Assembly (NCBI RefSeq): GCF_000016745.1
Contig: NC_009483.1
Location: forward strand, 3,720,001-3,752,000
Origin: Geotalea uraniireducens Rf4
GTDB lineage: Bacteria; Desulfobacterota; Desulfuromonadia; Geobacterales; Geobacteraceae
Reading direction: 5' to 3'
DNA length: 32,000 nucleotides
In this document: piece after piece, positions 1 to 10,074 of the stretch
How positions within the stretch are numbered: position 1 is the stretch's first letter
Layout: each line of letters opens with the position of its first letter
Made by a program: the position numbers and the translations under genes
Notes under the pieces: generated by a model
Database searches by the model: none
What the model was told of the DNA's origin: nothing
What the model saw: only the letters and a program-made list of their open reading frames with translations

Positions 1-341
1 GATTCGATCTGCTCGTGCACTACCCCTTCAATGGCCTCGGAACTGACATTGAATCGCTTTATCAGGATGGTTCCCAGCAGCTCGGAAAAACCTTCGTCTT
101 CCTGAATGCTCAGCGCCTGTTTGAGGGTAGTGAGATCGATAATCCCTTTCTGGATCAAGACCTCGCCCAGGTTTTGCTGATAAGAGCTTGAGCTGGCACG
201 GATAACCTGGCCGCTGCGGAAGATGATTCTCGCTTCACGCCCCCTGCTGTGCAAGGCAAGAATCCCCGACTTCCGGCTCAGGCTTACTATCTGCAAAATT
301 TCGCCGAGCCCCAGATCTTCCAAATTTCCGACAAGACTCAT
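1..341 (-). CDS. DUF4388 (PatA-N-like) domain protein, N-terminal part only; the rest lies beyond the window edge
   Basis: It is absent from the ORF track because it runs off the window. The reverse complement from the ATG at 341..339 reads MSLVGNLEDLGLGEILQIVSLSRKSGILALHSRGREARIIFRSGQVIRASSS..., and the frame stays open to position 1. The G-x-L-x(4)-L-x-EILQ opening is typical of DUF4388. It is on the same strand as der and directly downstream of it. Confidence 0.6.
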   Translation of the reverse strand, partial: MSLVGNLEDLGLGEILQIVSLSRKSGILALHSRGREARIIFRSGQVIRASSSSYQQNLGEVLIQKGIIDLTTLKQALSIQEDEGFSELLGTILIKRFNVSSEAIEGVVHEQIE

Positions 342-422
342 AGTGACGGAACTCGATAAAAAAAGGAATTTAGTAACAGGCGCTCATACTAAACTATCCG
401 ACAACCTAAGTAAAGAGGAGAT

Positions 423-1748
423 TTACGCCCTTTTACGGCTCTCTCGACCCTTGAAAAGCAGGCGCATGGGTGTGCCGGTGAAGCCGAAAGCCTCCCTGAA
501 CCTGTTGACAATGTACCGCTCGTAGGAAAAATGCACTCCATCGGGACGATTGGTGAAAATAACGATCGAGGGGGGTTTTGTTCCTACCTGGGTGGCGAAA
601 TAGAATTTGACCCGCCGTCCCTGGTAGAGCGGGGCATGGTGCTCCTCGGTAGCCGTGCTGAATACCCTGTTCAGATCGGAGGTGGTGATACGCCGGGCAA
701 ACTGCTCCATTACCGCATCCACTTCGGTCATGATCTTGCCGAGTCGCTGGCCGGTCTTCGCCGAAACAAATACTATGGGCGCAAAGGGGAGGTATTTGAA
801 CTCCATGCGAATTTTCTCGATAAACTTGCCCATGGAGGCGTTATCCTTGGTCAGGGTATCCCACTTGTTGACGACGAAAATACAGCCGCGGCCGGCTTCA
901 TAGGCATAACCGGCGATCTTCGTATCCTGCTCCGTAACACCTTCTTCCGCGTCTATGACGATAAGCACCACATCGGCACGCTCGATACTGCGCAGGGAGT
1001 CCACCACGCTGTATTTCTCGATTTTCTCGGTGGTCTTCCCTTTTCGTCTGATGCCGGCCGTGTCGATAAGCAGGTAGCGCTTGCGGTTACAGGTAAAATA
1101 CGTGTCAATGGAGTCCCTGGTAGTGCCGGGAGTTGGGTTGGCCACCACCCGTTCAATACCGAGCAGGCGATTCACAAGCGTCGATTTCCCCACGTTGGGA
1201 CGGCCGATCACCGCTATTTTAGTCACCTCTTCGTCCGTATCAGCCGCAGAACCTTTGGGCAAGGCCTTTATGACCTCATCCATCAAGTCGTTCACGCCAC
1301 GGTTGTGCTCAGCAGAAACAGTGAAAATGGTATCCACGCCAAGCGTGTAAAAATCGCCAATGGCTGTCTCCTGCTTGTCGCCGTCAATCTTGTTGATCAG
1401 GTAAAAAATCGGCTTATCCACCCGACGCAGCATTTCGACAACCTCCACGTCAGCCGGGGTCAGACCATCCCTCCCATCCATAACGAAGAGTATGACATCG
1501 GCCTCTGCCATGGCCAGCTGCGACTGCTCACGCATCTGCTGCAACAGCCGGTCGTTTGTTTCCGGTTCGAAACCGCCGGTGTCAATAAGAATAAAGGGAA
1601 CGTCAAAACGGTCAACGTTGGCATAGTTGCGATCGCGGGTCACCCCAGGCATATCGTCAACCATTGCCTTACGCCGGCCGACAATCCGGTTGAACAGGGT
1701 CGATTTACCCACATTTGGCCGTCCAACTATAGCAATCAAAGGTCTCAT
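423..1748 (-). CDS. der: Ribosome-associated GTPase Der/EngA (double GTPase domain plus KH-like C-terminus)
   Basis: It carries two G1 motifs, [13 protein letters not shown] and [13 protein letters not shown], followed by DTGG/DTAG and NKID/NKWD motifs. I chose the ATG at 1748 ([16 protein letters not shown]) rather than the track start at 1790. This ATG overlaps the era stop codon as ATGA at 1745-1748. Confidence 0.93.
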   Translation of the reverse strand: MRPLIAIVGRPNVGKSTLFNRIVGRRKAMVDDMPGVTRDRNYANVDRFDVPFILIDTGGFEPETNDRLLQQMREQSQLAMAEADVILFVMDGRDGLTPADVEVVEMLRRVDKPIFYLINKIDGDKQETAIGDFYTLGVDTIFTVSAEHNRGVNDLMDEVIKALPKGSAADTDEEVTKIAVIGRPNVGKSTLVNRLLGIERVVANPTPGTTRDSIDTYFTCNRKRYLLIDTAGIRRKGKTTEKIEKYSVVDSLRSIERADVVLIVIDAEEGVTEQDTKIAGYAYEAGRGCIFVVNKWDTLTKDNASMGKFIEKIRMEFKYLPFAPIVFVSAKTGQRLGKIMTEVDAVMEQFARRITTSDLNRVFSTATEEHHAPLYQGRRVKFYFATQVGTKPPSIVIFTNRPDGVHFSYERYIVNRFREAFGFTGTPMRLLFKGRESRKRA

Positions 1749-2638
1749 TCGTAACCAAACTCCTTCAGCATTCGCGTATTTTCGCTCCATTCCTTGCTCA
1801 CCCGCACAAACAGCTCAAGAAAAACCTTTGTGTCGAGGAGTTCTTCTATCTCCCGGCGTGCCTGCATGCCGATCCTCTTCAGCATCTCCCCCTTCTTCCC
1901 GATCACAATCCCCTTCTGCGACTCCCGCTCCACGTTAATGGCAGCCGCAATGGAAACAAGCCCGTCAGCGCGCTCCTTAAAGCTCTCCACCACGACCGCC
2001 ACAGAATAGGGGACCTCATCGTGGGTCAGGCGAAAGATCTTCTCTCGAATCATCTCGGCAACGATAAAGCGCTCCGGCAGATCCGTCAGGATATCGTCGG
2101 GGAAATAGGGGGGTCCAGCGGGGATAAAACCATGGACCACTTCCACAAGGCGCTCCACGCCATCACCGCTGAGCGCGGAAACCGGAACGATCTCCCGAAA
2201 CGGATAAAGGGCGGCGTAGGCGGCAATCCTCTCAAGCAGAGCTTCCTTGGCCACCAGGTCGATCTTGTTGATGACGAGGAGCACCGGCGCGTCCGCATTG
2301 GCCAAAAGTTCGAGAATCATTCCTTCCTGGTTTGCCGGCTTTGCATCCGCCTCTACGAGGAAGAGAATTACATCCACCTCTTTGATGGACGACAACGCCA
2401 CGTCCACCATGTACTTGTTCAGCTTCGATTTGGCACGATGGATACCGGGGGTATCGATAAACACCATCTGACAGCCGGGCAGGTTATGGATACCCTGAAT
2501 GCGGTTCCTTGTGGTCTGCGGCTTATCAGAGGTGATGACGATCTTGTCGCCGAGGATGCGGTTTAAAAGCGTCGATTTCCCCACGTTGGGCCGGCCGATA
2601 ATGGAAACGAAACCGGAACGGAACTGCTTTTCAGTCAA
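1745..2638 (-). CDS. era: GTPase Era
   Basis: The protein reads [21 protein letters not shown] and has DTPG and NKID motifs plus a C-terminal KH region ([22 protein letters not shown]). The start codon is TTG at 2638. A GGAGG (reverse complement of 2644-2648) lies 5 nt upstream. Confidence 0.93.
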   Translation of the reverse strand: MTEKQFRSGFVSIIGRPNVGKSTLLNRILGDKIVITSDKPQTTRNRIQGIHNLPGCQMVFIDTPGIHRAKSKLNKYMVDVALSSIKEVDVILFLVEADAKPANQEGMILELLANADAPVLLVINKIDLVAKEALLERIAAYAALYPFREIVPVSALSGDGVERLVEVVHGFIPAGPPYFPDDILTDLPERFIVAEMIREKIFRLTHDEVPYSVAVVVESFKERADGLVSIAAAINVERESQKGIVIGKKGEMLKRIGMQARREIEELLDTKVFLELFVRVSKEWSENTRMLKEFGYE

Positions 2639-2723
2639 AACTACCTCCTTGATTTTTAAAGTACTTTCGGTCTTATCAACACATAGATATACGGGAATTC
2701 TGCTGCTAAGGGAAGCAAAGAAA

Positions 2724-3779
2724 TCACCCGTATTCCAGATCCCTGATCATATCTCCATGCAGCCTGTCTCCGCCCCGTTCAACGGAAAACTCAAAGGGGG
2801 ACAGGGCCGGATCGCCCCGGACATTCTTCACCGTCAGGCCGTAGATTTGTCCAAGGCGCGCCACATTTCCCCGCTTGTGGCCGATCACTGCCGAAATCCT
2901 GGATGGGGCGCAGATGATTTCAACGGAAGATCCGCGGCGCATACCGCTCGTCATCCTGCGGAGAAGGTCAAAACAGAGTTCCGCCTCCACGAGATGGCGA
3001 AAGGCGGGGTGATAGGGACCAGCAAGGACGGTCCCGGCCGTTTCCAGTTCCGCCGTAGGTTGCAGCCCCATGCGAATCACCGGAATAGCCGCCTTCCACG
3101 CACGGTGAAGCATGGCCTTGCAGAGCAGCACGGCGGTTCCGATGGAGAGGGGCCGATAGGAGCCGATTTCATAGAAATCCGCCAGTTTCGTGCCGGCAAT
3201 GACCAGCGTGGGATAGATGCGGAGAAAATCCGGCTGGAGGGCAATGACCCGCGCTAAGGAATCCATGGCCTTTTCCGACGTATCACCGGGAAGACCCGGC
3301 ATCAGCTGAGCCCCCAGAGCAAGTCCGGCCTCCCGCAGCATACGGCTGGCTCGCGCCACATCGGCAGAGGTGTGACCGCGACCGGCAAGGTCAAGAACGT
3401 CATCGGCCATGGACTGTACCCCCAACTCCACGGTCTTGACTCCCATTTCCCGCAAGAACTGGACGGTCTGTAAATCGATCGCATCCGGCCTGGTGGAAAC
3501 CCTTATCGACCCGACCTCGCCTGAGGCAACGAGCGGCTGCAGCGGTTTCAGAAGCCCTTCCTGCACAGCCGGCGAAAGCGCGGTGAAAGTACCGCCGTAA
3601 AAGGCGACCCCCACGGAACGACATCTGCCGGAGTCCCGGTAAGAAGCAATTTTGGCAAGGATTTCCGTTCCGGTGGGGAACTCCCCGACGGCGCCCGCAA
3701 TCTTGACCTGGTCACAGAATACACACTTGTGGGGACAACCGCGGTGGGAAATAAAGAATGGAACAATCGGCTGCTTCAT
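2724..3779 (-). CDS. Radical SAM protein (ELP3/MiaB-like fold), specific function unknown
   Basis: An N-terminal CxxxCxxC motif sits in [16 protein letters not shown] at residues 15-22. The length of 351 aa fits the family. Its ATG overlaps the rnc stop codon as ATGA at 3776-3779. Confidence 0.8.
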   Translation of the reverse strand: MKQPIVPFFISHRGCPHKCVFCDQVKIAGAVGEFPTGTEILAKIASYRDSGRCRSVGVAFYGGTFTALSPAVQEGLLKPLQPLVASGEVGSIRVSTRPDAIDLQTVQFLREMGVKTVELGVQSMADDVLDLAGRGHTSADVARASRMLREAGLALGAQLMPGLPGDTSEKAMDSLARVIALQPDFLRIYPTLVIAGTKLADFYEIGSYRPLSIGTAVLLCKAMLHRAWKAAIPVIRMGLQPTAELETAGTVLAGPYHPAFRHLVEAELCFDLLRRMTSGMRRGSSVEIICAPSRISAVIGHKRGNVARLGQIYGLTVKNVRGDPALSPFEFSVERGGDRLHGDMIRDLEYG

Positions 3780-4507
3780 GACGGGGTGATGCGAATCGAT
3801 TCCAGGCGCGCAATCCCCTCCCGCGCCGCTGCCTGTTCCGCCTCTTTCTTGCTCCGGCCGGCCCCTTCCCCCATCCGCTCGTCGCCGATGAATAACGCAA
3901 CGGTAAAACTCCGCTCATGGTCAGGTCCCGATATCCCCCGCAGGACATAGCGCGGCATGGAGCCGCGCAACGCATGGGCCAGTTCCTGAAATTCGGTCTT
4001 ATAATCCCTGCCCGCAGACAAAACTTCGCGACCGGCCATTAAACGGGCAAAATGTGCTTCGACGAGTCGTTGAACGGGCTCGATGCCGCCATCCAGATAG
4101 ACGGCTGCCATGAGCGCTTCATAGGCATCGGCCAGGAGCGACCGCTTCCTCCGCCCGCCACTTCTCTCCTCACCGCGGCCGAGCTTCAGAAAAGCGCCCA
4201 GGCCGATCTCTTCGGCAAGTGACGCCAGGCTCCCCTCGTCCACCAGCGAGGCCCTGATCTTGGTCAGGGCCCCTTCCCGGCTGTCGGGAAACCGTTCGAG
4301 AAGCATCCGGCTCAAGAGAAAATCGATGACAGCGTCGCCGAAAAATTCGAGTCGCTGATTGTCCTTAGTCCACTTACCGCCGCTTTCGTTGACAAAGGAA
4401 CGGTGGGTCAAGGCTTCAGTCAAAAGGGAGCGGTCGGCAAAATGATAGTTGATGGCGCTTTCCAGTCCTGCAAGTAAGTTACTTCTGTCGTCGGTCATAA
4501 ATTCCAT
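3776..4507 (-). CDS. rnc: Ribonuclease III
   Basis: It has the RNase III signature region LTEALTHRSF...NQRLEFFGDAVIDF and a C-terminal dsRBD (GPDHERSFTVALFIGDERMGEGAGRSKKEAEQAAA). The start is uncertain. I chose the ATG at 4507 (MEFMTDD) because the track start at 4603 is a GTG that adds 32 non-conserved residues. Confidence 0.88.
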   Translation of the reverse strand: MEFMTDDRSNLLAGLESAINYHFADRSLLTEALTHRSFVNESGGKWTKDNQRLEFFGDAVIDFLLSRMLLERFPDSREGALTKIRASLVDEGSLASLAEEIGLGAFLKLGRGEERSGGRRKRSLLADAYEALMAAVYLDGGIEPVQRLVEAHFARLMAGREVLSAGRDYKTEFQELAHALRGSMPRYVLRGISGPDHERSFTVALFIGDERMGEGAGRSKKEAEQAAAREGIARLESIRITPS

Positions 4508-4803
4508 CACTATGGAGCTGTAAATGAATAACGTGGTCAAAATTGCGTTCAGATTTAGGTCGGATTTGGCCGAACTGATTGAGCTAAACCGCAGACGTAG
4601 CACGGCTACGTTGAGGATTTGGCGATTGAAGATCGGCTAAAGATGACCTGAAGATGAGATGCAAGATGCCCATGTTATTTGTTTACAGTTCCTTATATTG
4701 ACTGCGTTGATCCTCAATGGTTTCCACAAATATCCATACCGCACCACTATAACCAAATGCCTTGTTTTTTTCAATAGATATGCGATTTTCATGCGATTTT
4801 GTC

Positions 4804-4832
4804 TTGATTAATTCCACCCCCTCCCCTATAAT
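4804..4832 (+). promoter_or_regulatory. Sigma70-type promoter candidate for tmk-holB-yaaT-metG
   Basis: TTGATT at 4804-4809, an exactly 17-nt spacer, then TATAAT at 4827-4832, 33 nt before the tmk ATG. GGAG at 4853-4856 would serve as the RBS. Confidence 0.45.
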
Positions 4833-4864
4833 TTATCGATTTACAGAGTAGTGGAGCGCTTGAC

Positions 4865-5506
4865 ATGGGCTGTTTTATAACGTTTGAAGGGGTCGAGGGG
4901 TGCGGCAAAACCACCCAGATCAAGCTTCTTGCGCAACATCTTACGGAACAAGGTCACACGGTGATAGTCACCCGTGAGCCGGGGGGCTGCCCCATAGCCG
5001 ACCAGGCACGTGCCATCCTCCTGGACGCTGACAACCGCGCCATGACCCCAACGACCGAACTGCTCCTCTACGCGGCTGCCCGTGCCCAGCACGTGCAGGA
5101 GATCGTAAAACCGGCCCTGGCTGCCAACAAGGTCGTCCTCTGCGACCGGTTCACCGACGCCACCATCGCCTACCAGGGATACGGCAGAGGACTCGACCCG
5201 GCAACCATAGCATACCTGAACGATCTGGCCACTGACGGGCTTAAACCTCGACTGACGGTGCTCCTTGACTGCCCGGTGGAGGTGGGGCTCAAGCGCGCGT
5301 TCGACCGCATCAACGGTGCGGCAGGAGCACGTGAAGAGCGGTTCGAACTCGAATCGGTTCTCTTCCACCGGAAGGTGCGTGACGGATACCTGAAACTGGC
5401 CGAGGACGAACCGGAAAGATTCATCATCATCGACGGCAGCCAGGGGGTGCAGGAGACGGAAGCGGCCATCACCGCAGCGGTCCTGGCCAGGCTTGCAGAG
5501 GGTTAG
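4865..5506 (+). CDS. tmk: Thymidylate kinase
   Basis: The protein opens FITFEGVEGCGKTTQ (P-loop) and contains TREPGG and DRF..AT.AYQG motifs. It is 213 aa. Confidence 0.93.
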   Translation: MGCFITFEGVEGCGKTTQIKLLAQHLTEQGHTVIVTREPGGCPIADQARAILLDADNRAMTPTTELLLYAAARAQHVQEIVKPALAANKVVLCDRFTDATIAYQGYGRGLDPATIAYLNDLATDGLKPRLTVLLDCPVEVGLKRAFDRINGAAGAREERFELESVLFHRKVRDGYLKLAEDEPERFIIIDGSQGVQETEAAITAAVLARLAEG

Positions 5507-5508
5507 CA

Positions 5509-6471
5509 ATGCCCTTTTCCCACATTCTCGGCCAGAACAGCGCCATATCCATCCTGCAACGCTCGCTGGCGACAGGAAGATTGGCCCACGCCTATCTCTT
5601 CGAGGGAACCGAAGGGGTCGGGAAAAAAGCGACCGCCCTTGCCTTGATTGAGGCGGTTTTCTGCGGGAAGGAAGAAGGGTGCGGCGCTTGCCCGTCCTGT
5701 CGCAAAATTGCAGCGCTGCAGCACCCGGACCTTCACTTGGTGGAGCCAGACGGCGCGTTCATCAAGATCGACCAGATCAGGGACCTCCAGAAGGACCTGG
5801 CCTACCGCCCCTTTGAAGCGCCGAAAAAGGCCTGCATCATCGACGGGGCGGAACGCTTCAACCAGGCGGCCGGCAACGCCCTGCTCAAGACCCTGGAGGA
5901 GCCGCCGGGCAACGCCCTGATCATCCTGGTGACTGCACAGAGCTCGGGGGTGCTGCCGACCATCCTCTCCCGCTGCCAGCGCCTCCACTTCCAGACACTG
6001 CCGGAGGAAACCATAGCCGCATATCTGGGCAGGAATGGGATTGACGGCGAGGCAGCCCGCATTGCTGCTTCGCTGGCCGGCGGGAGCATGAAAAAGGCCC
6101 TGGAAATCAGTAAGGAAACGACCCTGTCCGACAGAAAACAGTTTCTGGAGCGATTGATCGGTCTTTCCCTGCGGGAGATAACGCCGCTTTTTTCGGCCGC
6201 TGAAGAACTGGCCGCAGACAAGGACAAGGTCATGGAACTGCTCGAACTGCTGACCTCCTTCCTGCGAGACATACTGCTCCTCAAAGGTGGTGGAGAAGGG
6301 ATCGTCAACGCGGATCTCCTGCCCATCCTTGAACGGGAAGCCGGCCGACTCTCCCAGACAGGGATCATGGAAAGGATCGGCCATGTTGCCGCCGCCCGCC
6401 ATGCTCTTTTGCGCAACGTCAACGCCCGGCTGACACTGGAAGTGCTTTTCATGCGCCTTGCGGAAACGTAG
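5509..6471 (+). CDS. holB: DNA polymerase III delta-prime subunit
   Basis: It contains HAYLFEGTEGVGKK, a Zn module CGACPSCRK, HPDL, and NALLKTLEEPP. It directly follows tmk, which is the conserved tmk-holB order. Confidence 0.88.
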   Translation: MPFSHILGQNSAISILQRSLATGRLAHAYLFEGTEGVGKKATALALIEAVFCGKEEGCGACPSCRKIAALQHPDLHLVEPDGAFIKIDQIRDLQKDLAYRPFEAPKKACIIDGAERFNQAAGNALLKTLEEPPGNALIILVTAQSSGVLPTILSRCQRLHFQTLPEETIAAYLGRNGIDGEAARIAASLAGGSMKKALEISKETTLSDRKQFLERLIGLSLREITPLFSAAEELAADKDKVMELLELLTSFLRDILLLKGGGEGIVNADLLPILEREAGRLSQTGIMERIGHVAAARHALLRNVNARLTLEVLFMRLAET

Positions 6472-6542
6472 GGGCGGCACAGAGGGCATACAAATTCAAA
6501 AGACAGAACACAAACGACGGGTTTCACCCCTGGAGGCATATA

Positions 6543-7490
6543 TTGGCTAAAATTGTAAAGATTCAATTCAACGCTGCCGGCAAACTCTATGATTTCAATG
6601 CCGGCAATCTGGAACTCAAAGCCGGAGACAAGGTAATCGTCGAAACCGAACGGGGAAAGAGCATCGGCTCCGTTGTTGTCGCCCCGCGGGAATATGAGAA
6701 GGCACACCTGCCTGAAGGTCTGAAAAATATCCAGAGAAAAGCAGAACCTGCCGACCTGGAAGCAGTCGCAGCCAATGCAGTCAAGGAAAAGGAGGCTCAC
6801 AAATTCTGCCTGGCCAAGATCAAGGAACGGGGCATGGAGATGAAGCTGGTCCGGGTCGAGTACCTCTTCGACGGAAGCAAGGCCATCTTCTACTTTACCG
6901 CCGACGGCCGGGTTGATTTTCGCGAACTGGTAAAGGACCTTGCCCACGCCTTCCATACCCGCATAGAGATGCGCCAGATCGGCGTCCGTGATGAATCGAA
7001 AATGGTGGGCGGAATCGGCATCTGCGGCAGGGAACTCTGCTGCTCGTCGTACCTGCGGGAATTCGAACCGGTATCGGTAAAGATGGCCAAGGAACAAAAT
7101 CTGGCACTGAACCCGACAAAAATCTCCGGCCAGTGCGGGAGACTCCTTTGTTGCCTTTCCTATGAATTCGACACCTACTGCTCCCTCAGAAAATGCCTCC
7201 CGAAATGCGGCAAACACGTACGGTGCGGTTCGGTCGAGGGTGAGGTGGTCAAACTGAACGTGCTGCAAGGGACGGTAACCGTTAAATCCGATCACGACGG
7301 TCTGGTGGTGCTCAAGGGTGACGACATCAAACCTGAAAACATAACCGACCGCCAGAAAAAACCGCAGAAGGGGGAACCGGACGAGACCGTCCGCCAGGAA
7401 GCCAAACCCCATCCGCCCACCCAGCCGGGCGGCAAGAGCCGCCGGGATCGTCGATCCGACTCCAAGGAAAAGTCCAAAAAGGAGAAATGA
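6543..7490 (+). CDS. PSP1 C-terminal domain protein (YaaT/RicT-like)
   Basis: The sequence includes VVKIQFNAAGKLYDF, GDKVIVETERG, a Cys-rich CGRELCCSSYL...CGRLLCCLSYE region and a basic Lys/Glu tail. The start codon is TTG at 6543. The position after holB is conserved. Its stop overlaps the metG ATG as ATGA at 7487-7490. Confidence 0.8.
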   Translation: MAKIVKIQFNAAGKLYDFNAGNLELKAGDKVIVETERGKSIGSVVVAPREYEKAHLPEGLKNIQRKAEPADLEAVAANAVKEKEAHKFCLAKIKERGMEMKLVRVEYLFDGSKAIFYFTADGRVDFRELVKDLAHAFHTRIEMRQIGVRDESKMVGGIGICGRELCCSSYLREFEPVSVKMAKEQNLALNPTKISGQCGRLLCCLSYEFDTYCSLRKCLPKCGKHVRCGSVEGEVVKLNVLQGTVTVKSDHDGLVVLKGDDIKPENITDRQKKPQKGEPDETVRQEAKPHPPTQPGGKSRRDRRSDSKEKSKKEK

Positions 7491-9019
7491 TGAGCCGCGC
7501 CTTTTATGTCACAACCCCCATCTATTATGTCAACGATGTTCCCCACATCGGCCACGCCTACACCACCCTGGCAGCCGACGTGCTGGCCCGTTACAAGCGC
7601 CTTAAAGGCTTCGAGGTTTTTTTTCTCACCGGCACGGATGAGCACGGCCAGAAGGTGGAAAAAGCCGCCAACGCTGCTGGCGAAACTCCGCAGGAGCTTG
7701 CAGACCGGGTAATGAAACGCTTTCAGGCACTCTGGGAAAAGCTGGATATTTCCTACACCGATTTCATCCGCACCACCCAGGAACGGCACAAGAAAGGTGT
7801 TGCCGACCTCTTCACCAAGGTCATGGGAAAAGGGGACATTTACCTGGGAGAGTACGAAGACTGGTACTGCACGCCATGCGAAACCTTCTGGACCGAGACC
7901 CAGCTCATCGACTACAAATGCCCGGACTGCAACCGCCCGACGGAAAAGCTCAAGGAAGAGTCCTACTTTTTCAGGATGAGCAAGTACCAGGAGCAGCTTC
8001 TGGCCCACATTGAAGCTAATCCTGATTTCATCCAGCCCAAGTCGCGGCGCAATGAAATAATCTCGTTCGTAAGAGAGGGTTTGCGGGACCTGTCTGTCTC
8101 CCGCACCACCTTCACATGGGGGATTCCGGTCCCGGGCAACGACAAGCATGTCATCTACGTCTGGTTCGACGCACTGACCAACTATATCACCGCCCTCGGC
8201 TATCCCGACGAGTCGGGAAATTTCAGTAAATTCTGGCCCGTCGACGCACACCTCATCGGCAAGGACATCCTTCGCTTCCACGCGGTCTACTGGCCGACCT
8301 TCCTCATGGCGGCAGGACTCCCCGTGCCGAAAAAGGTGTTTGCCCACGGTTGGTGGACCGTGGAAGGTCAGAAGATGAGCAAAAGCCTGCAAAACGTGGT
8401 TGAGCCGAACATGCTGATAGACAAATACGGGGTAGATGCGATCCGCTACTTCCTGCTGCGCGAGGTTCCCTTCGGCCTCGACGGAGACTTCTCGCACACG
8501 GCGCTGGTACACCGTATCAACTCGGATCTGGCCAATGACCTGGGAAACCTCCTCAACCGGTCAACGGCCATGGTCAACAAGTATTTTGGCGGCGTAGTGC
8601 AAGCGCCGGGAGTGTTTAACGAGATCGACAGTATCTACCGGGAGAAGACTGAGGAGATGGTGCGTCAGGTTGACGCTCACCTTGACGAACTCGCCTTCAG
8701 CAAAGCGCTCCAAAGCATCTGGGAAGTTGTTTCGGCCGGCAACAAATACATCGATGAAACAGCCCCCTGGACTTTGGCCAAGGACGAGGCGCAGAAAGAC
8801 CGGCTCGCCACCGTCATGTACTGCCTGCTTGAGTCCCAGCGTATCGTCTATTTCATCATTTCTGCCTTTATGCCGCAGACTACGGTGAAAGGGCTCGGTT
8901 ACCTGGGCTGGAACGAAGCGCCTGATGAAAATGGGCTGAGATGGGGCGGCCTCAAACCTGGAACGCAGGTAATTAAAGCTGAAGCGCTGTTTCCCCGGAT
9001 TGAAGAGAAAGCAGAATAG
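7487..9019 (+). CDS. metG: Methionine--tRNA ligase (short form, no C-terminal tRNA-binding extension)
   Basis: It has the HIGH motif (PHIGHAYT), the KMSKS motif (QKMSKSLQN) and a Zn knuckle (CTPCE...CPDCNRP). It is 510 aa. Confidence 0.95.
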   Translation: MMSRAFYVTTPIYYVNDVPHIGHAYTTLAADVLARYKRLKGFEVFFLTGTDEHGQKVEKAANAAGETPQELADRVMKRFQALWEKLDISYTDFIRTTQERHKKGVADLFTKVMGKGDIYLGEYEDWYCTPCETFWTETQLIDYKCPDCNRPTEKLKEESYFFRMSKYQEQLLAHIEANPDFIQPKSRRNEIISFVREGLRDLSVSRTTFTWGIPVPGNDKHVIYVWFDALTNYITALGYPDESGNFSKFWPVDAHLIGKDILRFHAVYWPTFLMAAGLPVPKKVFAHGWWTVEGQKMSKSLQNVVEPNMLIDKYGVDAIRYFLLREVPFGLDGDFSHTALVHRINSDLANDLGNLLNRSTAMVNKYFGGVVQAPGVFNEIDSIYREKTEEMVRQVDAHLDELAFSKALQSIWEVVSAGNKYIDETAPWTLAKDEAQKDRLATVMYCLLESQRIVYFIISAFMPQTTVKGLGYLGWNEAPDENGLRWGGLKPGTQVIKAEALFPRIEEKAE

Positions 9020-9043
9020 AATTAAATAAATTGCATTCAAAAA

Positions 9044-9080
9044 GGCTCATGGCACCGTACCGGTTCCATGAGCCTTTTTG
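9044..9080. terminator. Bidirectional rho-independent terminator between the convergent metG and DUF218 genes
   Basis: GGCTCATGG (9044-9052) pairs with CCATGAGCC (9066-9074). A T5 run follows on the plus strand and an A5 run precedes the stem, which supplies the T-run for the minus strand. Confidence 0.6.
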
Positions 9081-9162
9081 CATTTTCTAACCCCGATGAA
9101 CGGGATAAGTCCCTTCACGAAAAATTCTTCGCAAAAAACATGCAAATAATTTTTCTAAGGGA

Positions 9163-9762
9163 CTAACGGCCGGCCGAAAAGCGCAGTTCGCTGGAAGCGA
9201 AGAGAAAGAAAAGTCTGAAGAGACAGTACTTGTAGAACTCACTGAAGAGCAGGCGAAAACTGCCGCCGTGGCTCCACCACTCTTCCTTCAGGTTCTTGCT
9301 ATCCACAGGATGGGGATAGATGGCGATATCCTTGGGCAGCACCTGGCGAAAAATCAGGGTGGCGCGCTTCATGTGATAGCGTGAAGTTATCAGCTTAATG
9401 GAACTGACATTATGCCGTACGATCATTTCCCTGGCGTAGAGGGCGTTTTCCAGGGTATTGCGCGAAACATTCTCGAGAAAAACCCCTTCACCGCTCCGCT
9501 CCCCCCGCCGCTCGGTGAACAGTTCGCCCTTGCGCACCGCCGGATCGACACCGATCAGAAAAAGCCAGCGCGCGCGATTCTCCCGGTACAGACGGACCCC
9601 TTCTTCGATACGGCCCCGTCCCCCGGCCAGGACCACAATCGCGTCGGACTTCACATCCCGCTGTCGCAGGGAAAAGGTTTTGTAGGTAAAATCGACAAAG
9701 AGAACGGCGATTACCACCAGACTAATTACGAGAAGTGAAAATATTCCACGAAAAAAAGCCAT
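9163..9762 (-). CDS. DUF218 (YdcF/ElyC/SanA family) membrane-anchored protein
   Basis: It has an N-terminal TM segment (LLVISLVVIAVLF) and the DUF218 pattern AIVVLAGGRGRIEEG...LFLIGV...SRNTLENA...LITSRYHMKRA. Confidence 0.7.
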   Translation of the reverse strand: MAFFRGIFSLLVISLVVIAVLFVDFTYKTFSLRQRDVKSDAIVVLAGGRGRIEEGVRLYRENRARWLFLIGVDPAVRKGELFTERRGERSGEGVFLENVSRNTLENALYAREMIVRHNVSSIKLITSRYHMKRATLIFRQVLPKDIAIYPHPVDSKNLKEEWWSHGGSFRLLFSEFYKYCLFRLFFLFASSELRFSAGR

Positions 9763-9807
9763 CTAAGATTATTCCTTCATTGCACGACGGACGACAAATA
9801 AATTAAC

Positions 9808-9836
9808 TTGCATATACGACAGCGATCTGCTATAAA
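9808..9836 (+). promoter_or_regulatory. Sigma70-type promoter candidate for rpmB
   Basis: TTGCAT at 9808-9813, a 17-nt spacer, then TATAAA at 9831-9836. GGAGG at 9856-9860 precedes the ATG at 9871. Confidence 0.4.
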
Positions 9837-9870
9837 TAGCAGCTTCAGTAAATTCGGAGGGTATAAAGAT

Positions 9871-10062
9871 ATGTCCAAAATATGCGAAATTTGCGGTAAA
9901 GGCCCCAGCTTCGGCAACAACGTCAGCCATGCTAACAACAAAACCAGCAGAATATGGTATCCCAACCTGCAGAAAATAAAAGCCGTGAAAAACGGTACGG
10001 TAAGGAGCATCAAGGTCTGCACCCGCTGCATCCGCTCCGGTCACGTGACAAAAGCGCTCTAA
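9871..10062 (+). CDS. rpmB: 50S ribosomal protein L28
   Basis: The protein is [37 protein letters not shown]..., 63 aa. I used the ATG at 9871, which has a GGAGG RBS, rather than the longer track ORF starting at 9808. Confidence 0.92.
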   Translation: MSKICEICGKGPSFGNNVSHANNKTSRIWYPNLQKIKAVKNGTVRSIKVCTRCIRSGHVTKAL

Positions 10063-10074
10063 CGGCAAACGGCC

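Noticed and set aside
223-525. A 100-aa plus-strand ORF spanning the DUF4388 start, the intergenic gap and the der 3' end.
   Set aside because: It crosses two minus-strand genes and an intergenic region, and it has no RBS or motif.
531-1754. A 407-aa plus-strand ORF, together with the smaller ORFs 655-903, 1081-1350 and 1627-1938.
   Set aside because: They are antisense to or overlapping der and era. They have no motifs and no RBS context, while der and era are clearly real.
4508-4603. A 32-codon N-terminal extension of rnc from a GTG start. I also briefly considered a tRNA-like stretch, GGTTTAGCTCAATCAGTTCGGCC, on the minus strand.
   Set aside because: The extension is hydrophobic, low-complexity and not RNase III-like. 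The tRNA-like stretch has no T-arm (GTTCRANYC with a 5-bp stem) and no acceptor pairing, so it does not form a cloverleaf.
4841-5509. A 222-aa minus-strand ORF.
   Set aside because: It is antisense to tmk, which has a clear P-loop and lid motifs.
5503-8512. Minus-strand ORFs of 328, 536 and 406 aa (5503-6489, 5802-7412, 7292-8512).
   Set aside because: They are shadow ORFs opposite holB, the PSP1-domain gene and metG. They overlap each other in different frames and show no family resemblance.
9769-10068. Minus-strand ORFs of 99 and 84 aa overlapping rpmB.
   Set aside because: The plus strand encodes a textbook L28 sequence with its own RBS and promoter. The minus-strand ORFs are incidental.
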